Positions 1 to 9,013 of a DNA stretch of 64,000 nucleotides are shown one piece after another. Origin of the DNA: a virus (lineage: Duplodnaviria; Caudoviricetes). The DNA is taken from IMG/VR virus record IMGVR_UViG_2706796186_000001, positions 32,001 to 96,000 of that record. One strand, written 5' to 3'. The position numbers and the translations under genes are program-made. Within the stretch, counting starts at the first letter, position 1. The number at the start of each line of letters is the position of its first letter. The notes beneath the pieces were generated by a model. The model saw only the letters and a list, made by a program, of their open reading frames with translations. It was not told the origin of the DNA and did not search any database.

Positions 1-2
1 AC

Positions 3-2177
3 CGTGAGTATTTGATTCGTAACCAATCGGGTGCGCGTGCATCGATGGTAGGTGGCCATATGAAATCGGCTGCACCCATTGACCACCCAACCCCGATGTT
101 CCATTTCACAGGTGCGGATTCAAACTACCACGACGTCCTCTTCAACGACATCGTTGAGGATTCAGGTAGCGTTTGTATCTATAACGATAATGGCACACAC
201 AAAAGAGCGGTGTTCACACGCCATGCCCAAATCGGCAGTGGCTCTCCGCTAGAGCATGCAATCTTCTTTCGTCGTAGTGAAACCAGTCCCGGCATGCTGA
301 ACAAGCCTGTCATGGATGTTATTGAAATAAACCACTATACTTCGCACGATAACGTCTTCACATCTGAGAAGCGTATCACCGATAAACTTCGGGCGATCTT
401 ACGTGGTGAAACCACCGTGTTGGAAAAGGATGAAATCCTGACCGAAATGAACTCCATGATGAACGGGGAATTTGTTGACGGTGTTGCACTGCCAACAGTG
501 ACCATGTCGCATCCGGATATCATTGAGGATTCCTACACGATCTCAAAAACCGCCGCCGCGTTAATGCATGCCTATGGTTTCAAAGAAATCTGGATATCGT
601 TACGCGAAGACGAGTTCTTGCTGGATACTTACGGTTACGACACACCCAACGGTCGTGTGCCGCAGTATTTCCCGAACGTGGGACAAGCAATCCGTGATGA
701 TGGTTTGGTAATCGCCACGCGTCAATTCGACCCGTTGTACGCGGCTATCAATGCTTCTATCGGTGAGCTACAGCATGTCTCGCCACACTTTGACCACTGT
801 GAATACGTTGACGCTGATCCGAAGCACTATGAAAACCCAACGGATGAAAACGGTTCACGGGTGATTGACATTCAGGTGTGGCGTGATGATGTTAGCTTTA
901 GCAATGGTAACAACAACATCAAAGCCACCGAAGAGAACAAACGCGTTCTTGACTCGTATGCTGTGGCGTTGAAAGACTACTACCGCGAAATCGTTCGCTT
1001 CTACTTCCTCGTGAAAGATGATGTGGTGTGGTCACCGAAAGCCTGTGAGTTCTTAGAGAAAGCGTTCGCCTCTGAAACTCATGAAGTGTATCAGGAATTC
1101 CGCGAAGAGATTCGTGGTGTGGTTGAAGCAGCGGTACGCCGTGGTGAGTATAAGAAAGACACCATGGAAACCAAAATCATCAACCGTATCAACCGTCCAG
1201 TGGAACGTTCCCTGCGCGACCCTATCAACACGTACACCATTAAGCTTGTGGTGCGCTATCCGATCCCGGTCACTGTCTCGTCCAAGATTACGGACTTGTC
1301 AGGTACGAAAGGTATCGTTGGCGAAGTGAAAGAAGACGAAGACATGCCACTGAACGAATTCGGACAACGCGTCCATTCAATTCGTTCGATGAATGCTGTG
1401 GTTCGTCGCTCAACGTACTCTGCTCTGTTCCACATGTACTGGTCAGCTGCATCTGAACAACTCAAGATGCGCTTAAAGCCAATGTTGGATGCAGGCAAGG
1501 TGAATGAATCGTGGAATGTCCTGATGGATTATCTCGCACGGTACAATCCCGATTGGGCAAACTGTCTGAACGTGACGCACGATACGCATCAGAAGCGACT
1601 GGAACTCTTCAAAGAGATCTACGACTTCACGATTCGTATCTGGCTACCGCATGAACTAGACAATACGCCGATTGGTATCACCAAAGCGTTGGGTGAATTT
1701 GCACCGAAGAAGTCCCGTCTCCAGATCACCAACTACCAAGGTGAGAAGGAGTGGACGAAGAATGAATTCTACGTGGGTAATGTCATGACCTTGCGTCTTG
1801 ACAAAACCGGCCGTGAGTTCTCGTCTATCTCTTCGATGCACACGAACTATCTGGGCTGTATTGATGCATCAGGACAAGGGCGTGGGTCATATCCCATTAA
1901 CTACAGTCCGAAGAAGTGGGGTGGTGAAGCAGAGCACCGACTGACGGATGGCTACGGTCAAGGTCTGTTCGATGAAGCGCATAACCGTTCCAACTGTCCA
2001 GATGTCCATCGTCAGATTGTTGAAGGGAAGTATGCTTCCGATACCCCAAGTAATCCGGGTGTGTTGGTTGACCGTGAACGTTACCCGCTGGGTGAATCGC
2101 AAGTGGATAAGATGATTGACAACATACACCGCTGTGAAGGGTTTGTGTTAGTGCGCCCCACTCGGGAGGATAATTGA
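3..2177 (+). CDS. Non-virion RNA polymerase beta (RpoB-like) subunit, C-terminal half (phiKZ gp71-73-like); probably 5'-truncated by the window edge
   Basis: SSKITDLSGTKGIVG resembles RpoB GDK..GRHGNKGV; WGGEAEHR resembles RFGEME; frame is open back to position 3; followed by a beta' gene and helicase as in phiKZ gp71-75. Confidence 0.85.
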   Translation, partial: REYLIRNQSGARASMVGGHMKSAAPIDHPTPMFHFTGADSNYHDVLFNDIVEDSGSVCIYNDNGTHKRAVFTRHAQIGSGSPLEHAIFFRRSETSPGMLNKPVMDVIEINHYTSHDNVFTSEKRITDKLRAILRGETTVLEKDEILTEMNSMMNGEFVDGVALPTVTMSHPDIIEDSYTISKTAAALMHAYGFKEIWISLREDEFLLDTYGYDTPNGRVPQYFPNVGQAIRDDGLVIATRQFDPLYAAINASIGELQHVSPHFDHCEYVDADPKHYENPTDENGSRVIDIQVWRDDVSFSNGNNNIKATEENKRVLDSYAVALKDYYREIVRFYFLVKDDVVWSPKACEFLEKAFASETHEVYQEFREEIRGVVEAAVRRGEYKKDTMETKIINRINRPVERSLRDPINTYTIKLVVRYPIPVTVSSKITDLSGTKGIVGEVKEDEDMPLNEFGQRVHSIRSMNAVVRRSTYSALFHMYWSAASEQLKMRLKPMLDAGKVNESWNVLMDYLARYNPDWANCLNVTHDTHQKRLELFKEIYDFTIRIWLPHELDNTPIGITKALGEFAPKKSRLQITNYQGEKEWTKNEFYVGNVMTLRLDKTGREFSSISSMHTNYLGCIDASGQGRGSYPINYSPKKWGGEAEHRLTDGYGQGLFDEAHNRSNCPDVHRQIVEGKYASDTPSNPGVLVDRERYPLGESQVDKMIDNIHRCEGFVLVRPTREDN

Positions 2178-4276
2178 TGGATGCTCGCCAAGTACACGTA
2201 CGCGATCTCCGTAACCTGAACTCGGATCAGGTATGGCGACTACGCGGACGTTATGATGTAACGTTTGATGATGGTGTGACTCAACCGATGTCGGGTCGCC
2301 ACATCAAACTCAGTTGGCCGTACTGGGGCATCTCTCGATTCTATCCGCAAGTACCGACGCCTTCCACGATGTGTTATCGTCGTGGAGGTGAGTGGGCAAC
2401 GGATGATCGTCACATCGACCTGATGTCCGAAGCTGCTGTACTCGCCCGCAAAGCGGGCATTGATTTAGCCGATACCCGTTATCTGTTAAGTCAGCACATC
2501 TATGCTGATGCGTTCAACCTGACAGTGAAGAACTTGCTGTCTTATTGTACGACCATCGACATCGATACCATGATGCAGATTTACGACCATCCTGATTATC
2601 AGATTATCCACGAGTGGGCAAAGCAATACCCAAGTGGTTATGATGAAGAAGGGGTCGATAAGGTTAACGAAGCGTACGAGATTATCGAGCGCATCATTCG
2701 TTCACCTGAGCTGTCAGACAACCCGGTGGCAATGTCGGTACTCGACAAAACCATCAAGATGGATCAGGTACTCCAAGCCTACGTGCGTGGTAAAACCTCT
2801 GAAATCGATTCCCGTGTCTATTCGAATCAGGTATGGGAAGGGTTCTTCGGTGGTCTGAACTCGGTTATCAGCCGACTGAAAGAATCGGGTGCAACGTCAC
2901 GTTCGCACCTGTACAACACCGACAAGATTGCGGAAGCAGAATACGGCTCCCGTAAACTCCAGCTCGCTGCAAACGTGCTGACCCACTTCACCTTAGATGA
3001 CTGTGGTACCGAGCACGCTCACGAACATACGTTTCGTGACACCAAAGAAAGCCAGACTCAATACGACGCCATGGTCGGGATGCGTTTCCGCTTCAACGGT
3101 GAAACGGGGCCGTGGCGCGTGTTCGAGAAAGGCCGCTTCGAGGATGTGGTTGATAAGCCGCTCCTGTTCCGATCTGCCATGACCTGTCGCCATATGGCGA
3201 AACAGGGTATTTGTGCAGTCTGTATGGGCGACTTGGTGTACAACCTGTCGGAGAAAACCTCACCGGGCCACTTGGCATCCACCTCCATCTCGGAGAAGGG
3301 TACCCAAGGGATTCTCTCAACGAAGCACCTCGACTTCCTGCGTGAACTGTTTACGCTGGTTATCGGTGGGCGCATCAAAGGCTACTTCCGTGGCTATGAG
3401 AAAGGGTCAGAGAAAGGTCTGCGTTTACTCGACAAGCCGGAGTTCGGTACGTGGAGTGAATACTCACTGGTAGTATCTGAGAAGATGCACTCTGAGCTGA
3501 GTCAGGTGGCGTACTACGACAACCTCGAAGACATTGATGAAACCTCTCTGCCAGATGTCACAGACGTTACGTTTGTGCGTTTGAATGCAGATGGCGAACC
3601 GTGTGGCGGGGAATCACTGGATGTCCGTATGGGCGTCTGCGGGAACTTCTCGAAAGCGTTCTTGGCGTACTTCCTAAAAGTGCGTGACGAGATCCAGTTC
3701 ATCCGCAAAGGTGAGATTCGTATTCCAATGAGTGGCTGGAAGCCGAAAGCGCCGTTCCTCATTTATACTAACCGTTCTGAATCCATGGCAGAGTTCGTTG
3801 CCGGTCTTGAGACCAAGCTGCGTTCTGTTGCTGCGGACAAGAACGAAACACCGATGGACTTCACCACGGATGCCACGGTGAAAATGAGTAAAGATGGTAA
3901 AGTTAAGACGCTTACCTTGGTGGAGATGGGTGGGTCTACCGAACGTCAATGTACCTTTGCGATGTTCGATACCTTCCGCTACATTAACCGTAAGCTGAAA
4001 GGGATTCCGATGACACACATCGGCATCATGCTTGCCATTTCTCGTGTGGAAAGCCCCATCAATCCGTTCCCAGCGGTAGGGTTTGATAAGGAAACTGCCA
4101 TTGATGGTATGGGTAAACGGTTCTTAGACCACAATACGCTGATTGCGATTCGTAGTGCTGCCCCGATGTTGTTCTTCCAAGGTCAGCAAGACAATCTCAA
4201 CCGCGTAGGGTTCTATACCACACGTAAGATTCCGGCGTCGTTGTATGACGGGTCATTCAAAACACGGTTGCATTAA
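2177..4276 (+). CDS. Non-virion RNA polymerase beta' (RpoC-like) subunit, C-terminal half (phiKZ gp74-like)
   Basis: DDCGT, FRSAMTC..GICAVCMG zinc site, SISEKGTQGILSTKH (= RpoC SIGEPGTQLTMRTFH); TGATG overlap with upstream gene, GGAGG SD. Confidence 0.9.
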   Translation: MDARQVHVRDLRNLNSDQVWRLRGRYDVTFDDGVTQPMSGRHIKLSWPYWGISRFYPQVPTPSTMCYRRGGEWATDDRHIDLMSEAAVLARKAGIDLADTRYLLSQHIYADAFNLTVKNLLSYCTTIDIDTMMQIYDHPDYQIIHEWAKQYPSGYDEEGVDKVNEAYEIIERIIRSPELSDNPVAMSVLDKTIKMDQVLQAYVRGKTSEIDSRVYSNQVWEGFFGGLNSVISRLKESGATSRSHLYNTDKIAEAEYGSRKLQLAANVLTHFTLDDCGTEHAHEHTFRDTKESQTQYDAMVGMRFRFNGETGPWRVFEKGRFEDVVDKPLLFRSAMTCRHMAKQGICAVCMGDLVYNLSEKTSPGHLASTSISEKGTQGILSTKHLDFLRELFTLVIGGRIKGYFRGYEKGSEKGLRLLDKPEFGTWSEYSLVVSEKMHSELSQVAYYDNLEDIDETSLPDVTDVTFVRLNADGEPCGGESLDVRMGVCGNFSKAFLAYFLKVRDEIQFIRKGEIRIPMSGWKPKAPFLIYTNRSESMAEFVAGLETKLRSVAADKNETPMDFTTDATVKMSKDGKVKTLTLVEMGGSTERQCTFAMFDTFRYINRKLKGIPMTHIGIMLAISRVESPINPFPAVGFDKETAIDGMGKRFLDHNTLIAIRSAAPMLFFQGQQDNLNRVGFYTTRKIPASLYDGSFKTRLH

Positions 4277-4279
4277 TAC

Positions 4280-4305
4280 AGAGGGGCAGATGCCCCTCTT
4301 TTTTT
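4280..4305 (+). terminator. Intrinsic terminator / possible attenuator
   Basis: AGAGGGGC-AGAT-GCCCCTCT followed by T-run. Confidence 0.7.
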
Positions 4306-4317
4306 GTAGAGGGGTAT

Positions 4318-6024
4318 ATGCAGCAGATTAACATCACGCACACCACCATGGGGGTGCGAATTGAAGTTCCTATCCGACCCGTTGAGATTGCTATCAAGAC
4401 ATGGGCGGAACGGAATCTGCACGCCCCGAAAATGGGAAAAGAGCGCGGCAAGATTACCGTGGAACAAGGAGATGGCTACTACGCCCACATGGAAGGCGCA
4501 CGTAGCTTTATCTTTCACAAAGCCCACCTTGAGGAAATCCTCTCCATTATCAAGAACGCTATCATTGAATACCGTCTTGAGGCGGAGGTTAAGCACCACA
4601 AGGTCGAGCGGGCGGAGCCTTACCGTTGCACATTTGAAAACTTCGGCACGCCGATGGTAGTGGACGATCCTGAATCACGCTTCTATTACCAGAACGATGT
4701 GGTAGAGAAAGCGCTTGATCCGAACCGTCTCCAGACCATCTTTGCCATCGATACTGGCCGCGGGAAAACGAAGTCGTTGCAAAAGGTGATGGTGCGTAAG
4801 CAAGTGCGTACTGCCCTCATCATGCGTCCGACGTACGTGGACAAATGGCTGTTCGATATCTGCGAAGACCCGACTGGGTTGCAGATTGACAAAGACAAAG
4901 TTCTGGTCTGTCGTGGCGTCCAAGGGATTATTGAAGCCTACGAGATGGGTATCAGTGGGGAGTTAGACCGTCGGGATATCCGGGCGATTATCTTCCCAAC
5001 CGTTTCGCTGCAATTGTTCCTGAAAGAGTACATCAACACCGGCCACTCAATGGGGATTGACATTGAGCGGTTCTACGATGTGATGGGTGTGGGTCTGATC
5101 GGAATGGATGAGGTGCATGAGCATTTCTATTTGGTGTATCTGGCTGGGATTATCCTGAACCCATGTGCATCGATTGAAATGTCAGCCACCTTAGAACCGG
5201 GTGCCGCGAAGACGTTTATCATCGCGCGCTATCTGGAACGTTTCCCAGTCGACTTACGGCTGTCCGTTGAACGTATTAAGGTTGTTGATATCCGCGCGTT
5301 CTACTACACGCTGGATGATAAGAAGTTGGCGTGGTGGGCGACAAAGATGTCCCCGTACAACCACAAGTTGTTTGAAGGTAAGTTGATTCGCGAAGGCTTC
5401 CACGTTTCGTATTGTGAGATGTGGTGGAATCTGATCGAGAAGGTGTATCTGTCCAATTACCAACCGGGACAGAAAATCATCATCTTGTTCTCAACCGTTG
5501 ACATGTGTGAGTTCTTTACCCAGTTCCTGCATCAGAAGCTGGCGGGGAACGAACAGTTCAGCGAGTTGATGGTGGCGAAGTATAACGGTGGCGATTCGTA
5601 TGATGACTTCATCATGGCGGAGTTTGGTGTCTCTACGCCGAACAAAGCCGGTACCGCGATAGACAAACCGGGTATGGTCCACATGATTGTGACAGTGCCA
5701 GTTGATGACCAACAGCTGAACTTACAGATTGCCGGACGTCCACGTCCTGTGCGTGAGGTGTTCGGTTGGGACATGAACCCAATTGTGTGGTTCGGGCATT
5801 GCATGAACATTGCTAAACACGGTACGTACCTGAACTCACGTATGCGTTCGCTGCGCGACACGGTATTGTCATTCAAGGTTGCGACTTCCCCTTATGTTGT
5901 AAGGAAAACGTATGATAACGCCCCCACTTCCAGCCGCCCCAACAGCCCCTTACGCCGGATTGACGTTGGCAGACTTTCTCGTAAAGGTTCTAAGGGCCTA
6001 TCCCGGCGCAGAAAGCGCCGCTAA
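4318..6024 (+). CDS. Superfamily 2 DExH helicase (phiKZ gp75-like)
   Basis: Walker A DTGRGKT, DEVH, SAT motif III, QIAGRPR motif VI. Confidence 0.9.
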   Translation: MQQINITHTTMGVRIEVPIRPVEIAIKTWAERNLHAPKMGKERGKITVEQGDGYYAHMEGARSFIFHKAHLEEILSIIKNAIIEYRLEAEVKHHKVERAEPYRCTFENFGTPMVVDDPESRFYYQNDVVEKALDPNRLQTIFAIDTGRGKTKSLQKVMVRKQVRTALIMRPTYVDKWLFDICEDPTGLQIDKDKVLVCRGVQGIIEAYEMGISGELDRRDIRAIIFPTVSLQLFLKEYINTGHSMGIDIERFYDVMGVGLIGMDEVHEHFYLVYLAGIILNPCASIEMSATLEPGAAKTFIIARYLERFPVDLRLSVERIKVVDIRAFYYTLDDKKLAWWATKMSPYNHKLFEGKLIREGFHVSYCEMWWNLIEKVYLSNYQPGQKIIILFSTVDMCEFFTQFLHQKLAGNEQFSELMVAKYNGGDSYDDFIMAEFGVSTPNKAGTAIDKPGMVHMIVTVPVDDQQLNLQIAGRPRPVREVFGWDMNPIVWFGHCMNIAKHGTYLNSRMRSLRDTVLSFKVATSPYVVRKTYDNAPTSSRPNSPLRRIDVGRLSRKGSKGLSRRRKRR

Positions 6025-6292
6025 GGCATTGTGTCAGGACCCGGTGATTAACCGGGCCTTTCACTATTACACGATTACGGAACACTTCACATCCTGCTTT
6101 ATCATGCAGCGTGGGTTAACGTATTTCGTCACTCGTACGTCCAGTATTCGTGGTACTGCGGCGTACGAACTTTATTCTTACGAACTGTGGAACAACAATC
6201 CCGCAGGGAATACCGATGAAAACCCGAAGGTGGCCTACCGCCTCTTCTCGGACAAATGGCATGATTGGGTGACTGTACCACATAACGGTTAA
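5912..6292 (+). CDS. Hypothetical protein overlapping helicase 3' end
   Basis: AAGGA SD just before ATG 5912; fills the gap to the next gene. Confidence 0.65.
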   Translation: MITPPLPAAPTAPYAGLTLADFLVKVLRAYPGAESAAKALCQDPVINRAFHYYTITEHFTSCFIMQRGLTYFVTRTSSIRGTAAYELYSYELWNNNPAGNTDENPKVAYRLFSDKWHDWVTVPHNG

Positions 6293-6346
6293 TTACACGG
6301 TTAGTGTATATTGTGTAGAGTCACTTTCATTAATAAGGAATATCCG

Positions 6347-6958
6347 ATGTCTCGTCGTAAAAAGCAGCCTGGTTTTAGCCCGCGTGAAGCAGCACGCGAA
6401 CGTGTCCGTAGCATCATGCGTGGCATGAACACGACTGAGAATGTTTTCCTCGGTCATTCGAAAACGCACGCCGAGAAAATCGACCGTGAGTTTGAACGTA
6501 TCAACTCGCTGATGGGCGAAGACCTGAAAGCGTATTTGACGGAGTGGTTAAAGCACTCACAGGCTGCCTTCTTGGGTGCCATGCACGACTTCAAAACGCG
6601 CCTGTTTGCGGTGCGTACTGATGCCGATGCAAAGGCAACCAAACTGATGGCGGTCATCGACGGCCACAAGTGGGACGAAATCAAAGATGTCGTGATTGTG
6701 GCTGAGCTGGAACTGGCGGACTTTGACATTCAGGTGGACAACGTGGCACAGGAAACCCTGCTGTCTATCGTTGAAGCCGGTGCGGCGTATGAACAGCGTC
6801 GTGAATGTGTCCGCGTGGGCCTGAACAACAACTGGACCCATGAAGCAATCCTGACCAAGCTGCGCGAGCTGGATGCCCAAGCTGCCGCCGAAGCACTGGC
6901 AGCGGCAGAAGCAACAGCTGAATCTGTAGTAGAGCAAGAGGAACCTGCGAATGTCTAA
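6347..6958 (+). CDS. Hypothetical helical protein
   Basis: AAGGA SD before ATG 6347 (MSRRKKQ...); track start 6311 probably too long. Confidence 0.75.
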   Translation: MSRRKKQPGFSPREAARERVRSIMRGMNTTENVFLGHSKTHAEKIDREFERINSLMGEDLKAYLTEWLKHSQAAFLGAMHDFKTRLFAVRTDADAKATKLMAVIDGHKWDEIKDVVIVAELELADFDIQVDNVAQETLLSIVEAGAAYEQRRECVRVGLNNNWTHEAILTKLRELDAQAAAEALAAAEATAESVVEQEEPANV

Positions 6959-8975
6959 CGATCCGCGTCCGTCGTTCGGTGCTGCCGAACCGGAAACGGC
7001 TGAGGTGCGACTTCCTCCGCGTGACACCCTTGTGGGTAAGTCCGCGGAAGAGGTGGCCTTCGAGCTGGTAAAACTCAATCCCACTTTTTCTTTTGCCGAA
7101 GCAACTGAACGCGCGAAAAGTCTGGTGATGTTAAATGCCCCGGTAGAAGATACCCCACCCCCTGTGGTGGATGTACTCGATCAACCGATGATTCGTGAAG
7201 CGTCACCAGAAAACCTGGCGGCCCTGCAAAGCACTGAGAACCAACTGGAGCAGCCGGTCAAACTTGACCTGTCTCAGTCACAATCTCAGCCTGAACCAGC
7301 GCCTGCGGTGCAACCGCGTGCGGAACCCATCGCAAGCATTCCTGCTGCAAGTGCGGAGAATTTCCCTAAGCCTCAGCATGTTCCGGTTAAAGCGGAAGTG
7401 ATTCCTGCCCCAGCGCTCGATGCCGAAGATACTCCGGCTGACCGCGATGAGCAGACGCCGAACCTCTCAAAAGAGAAACGTCGTCAGATTGATTTCGGGC
7501 CAGAACCGCACCGTGCTGAAATTGCCAGCATGGACCCGGAAGACCCACATCGTGTGCTGACTCAAAGTGATGAGCTGGTCGGTACTACATTGCCGCTGGC
7601 AGGTGAGCAGGAAGTCATGCAGTTCTTCGCCAGCATCCCACGTAATCGTGAAGGGCGTCCGATGTTCCGTTCAGCCGCCGAAGAGGAGCGTTATCAGAAG
7701 CTCTTTACGGCGCTGGAACTGACCCCGCCTATCATGATTAACAACCGCGCTGCGTTTGACATGGCGTTGGAGCGTGAAGATACGTCGTGGCAACAGACCA
7801 TCCAACTGTCGAACGGTAAGTATGTCTCTGCGGTCACCGACCGTGGTGCAAATGCCCAAGGTGCGATGGCTGCCCTGCGTCGTCGTCGTGGTTCCGGTTC
7901 TCCGGTCTCAGTGTGGTTGCCTGCAACCGGTATCTTTGTCGGTTTCCGTGCCCCGCATGAAAACGACATGTGTGACTTCGACATTCGTATCACGTCAGAA
8001 CAGTCGAAAATCGGGATGTTCACTTACGGTCTGCTGTTGGCCTCGTCTTCGGGCGTGTATCTCCAGCACATGATCGAACACTCGCTGAACTTTGCGGTGG
8101 ACACCACGTACGACTGTCAGGGTCTGGACATTAAGACCGCCCTGATGGACATCGTGGATGTGGACGACTACTGGCTGCTGGTCATTGGCCCATTGATGGC
8201 GAAGTTCCCAGCGGGTATTCCGTGGAAGCTGCTGTGCCCTAACCACGAATGTGGTCATGAGCGTGAAGTGCGTCTGAATCTGGCCCGCTGTATCCGTATG
8301 GCAGATGGCCTGTTCTCTGACCTACACCGTTCGCTCTGGCTGCGCCAGCGTGGTAAAGGCCCGGATGCAATTATCGGCAACGCCGAGTATCTGGAATACC
8401 GCAAAGAGCTGCCGAAGTCCAAAGCCGCCCGTTTCCATTACGAGCAGCTGGGTATCACGGTAGAGTTCGGTCGTTCGACCATCGGTCAGTTCATTGACAA
8501 CACCAATGCGTGGGTAGAGAAGATTAACAGCTCTGCCACCAACGCACTGGCGAACCATGCAACTGAAACCGAGCGCTCGCAATACATCCGTCTGGCTGCT
8601 GAGAACCGCCGCCTGACCCGTTATGCGACGCACGTTAAAGCCATCATCGTTGAAGAGACGGTGAAAGGTGAACCGGTTGAGACCCGCGAAGAAGATCCAG
8701 ACCGTATTTTCGAAATGTTAGAAGAACTCTCTTCTGACCGCATGTACGTGCTGGCATTTGAAAACGCGCTGTCCACTTACAACGAAGAATCGCGCATGGC
8801 CGTGTTTGGTTACATGGGTCACGCGTGTCCGAGCTGTAAGACCGGCGAGGGTGAAGAAGACGGTCCGTTCCGTGGTATTGTTACCATCAGCCCGGACAAG
8901 GTTTTTTTCGCGCTATCTCGTGTGGTGTTCGAGATACAGAGAGTCTACTTACAACAATTCGAAAATATTGGATAG
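6951..8975 (+). CDS. Conserved phage protein with two Cys pairs; candidate tail/baseplate assembly chaperone (G-type)
   Basis: 674 aa, Pro/Ala/Glu-rich N-terminus, CPNHEC and CPSC motifs, slippery heptamer near 3' end; function is inferred. Confidence 0.6.
   Translation: MSNDPRPSFGAAEPETAEVRLPPRDTLVGKSAEEVAFELVKLNPTFSFAEATERAKSLVMLNAPVEDTPPPVVDVLDQPMIREASPENLAALQSTENQLEQPVKLDLSQSQSQPEPAPAVQPRAEPIASIPAASAENFPKPQHVPVKAEVIPAPALDAEDTPADRDEQTPNLSKEKRRQIDFGPEPHRAEIASMDPEDPHRVLTQSDELVGTTLPLAGEQEVMQFFASIPRNREGRPMFRSAAEEERYQKLFTALELTPPIMINNRAAFDMALEREDTSWQQTIQLSNGKYVSAVTDRGANAQGAMAALRRRRGSGSPVSVWLPATGIFVGFRAPHENDMCDFDIRITSEQSKIGMFTYGLLLASSSGVYLQHMIEHSLNFAVDTTYDCQGLDIKTALMDIVDVDDYWLLVIGPLMAKFPAGIPWKLLCPNHECGHEREVRLNLARCIRMADGLFSDLHRSLWLRQRGKGPDAIIGNAEYLEYRKELPKSKAARFHYEQLGITVEFGRSTIGQFIDNTNAWVEKINSSATNALANHATETERSQYIRLAAENRRLTRYATHVKAIIVEETVKGEPVETREEDPDRIFEMLEELSSDRMYVLAFENALSTYNEESRMAVFGYMGHACPSCKTGEGEEDGPFRGIVTISPDKVFFALSRVVFEIQRVYLQQFENIG
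8903..8936 (+). other. Putative programmed -1 ribosomal frameshift signal
   Basis: In-frame T TTT TTC heptamer at 8903-8909; stem TATCTCG(8914-20)/CGAGATA(8930-36); -1 frame open from 8855 to 9382. Confidence 0.65.
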
Positions 8976-9013
8976 ACGCCGACGACGTTCCAGCCGAAGC
9001 TATTATCACTGCC

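Noticed and set aside
8921-8956. Possible pseudoknot between the frameshift hairpin loop and downstream TACAACA
   Set aside because: Pairing is short with a mismatch; cannot be supported without folding or covariation analysis
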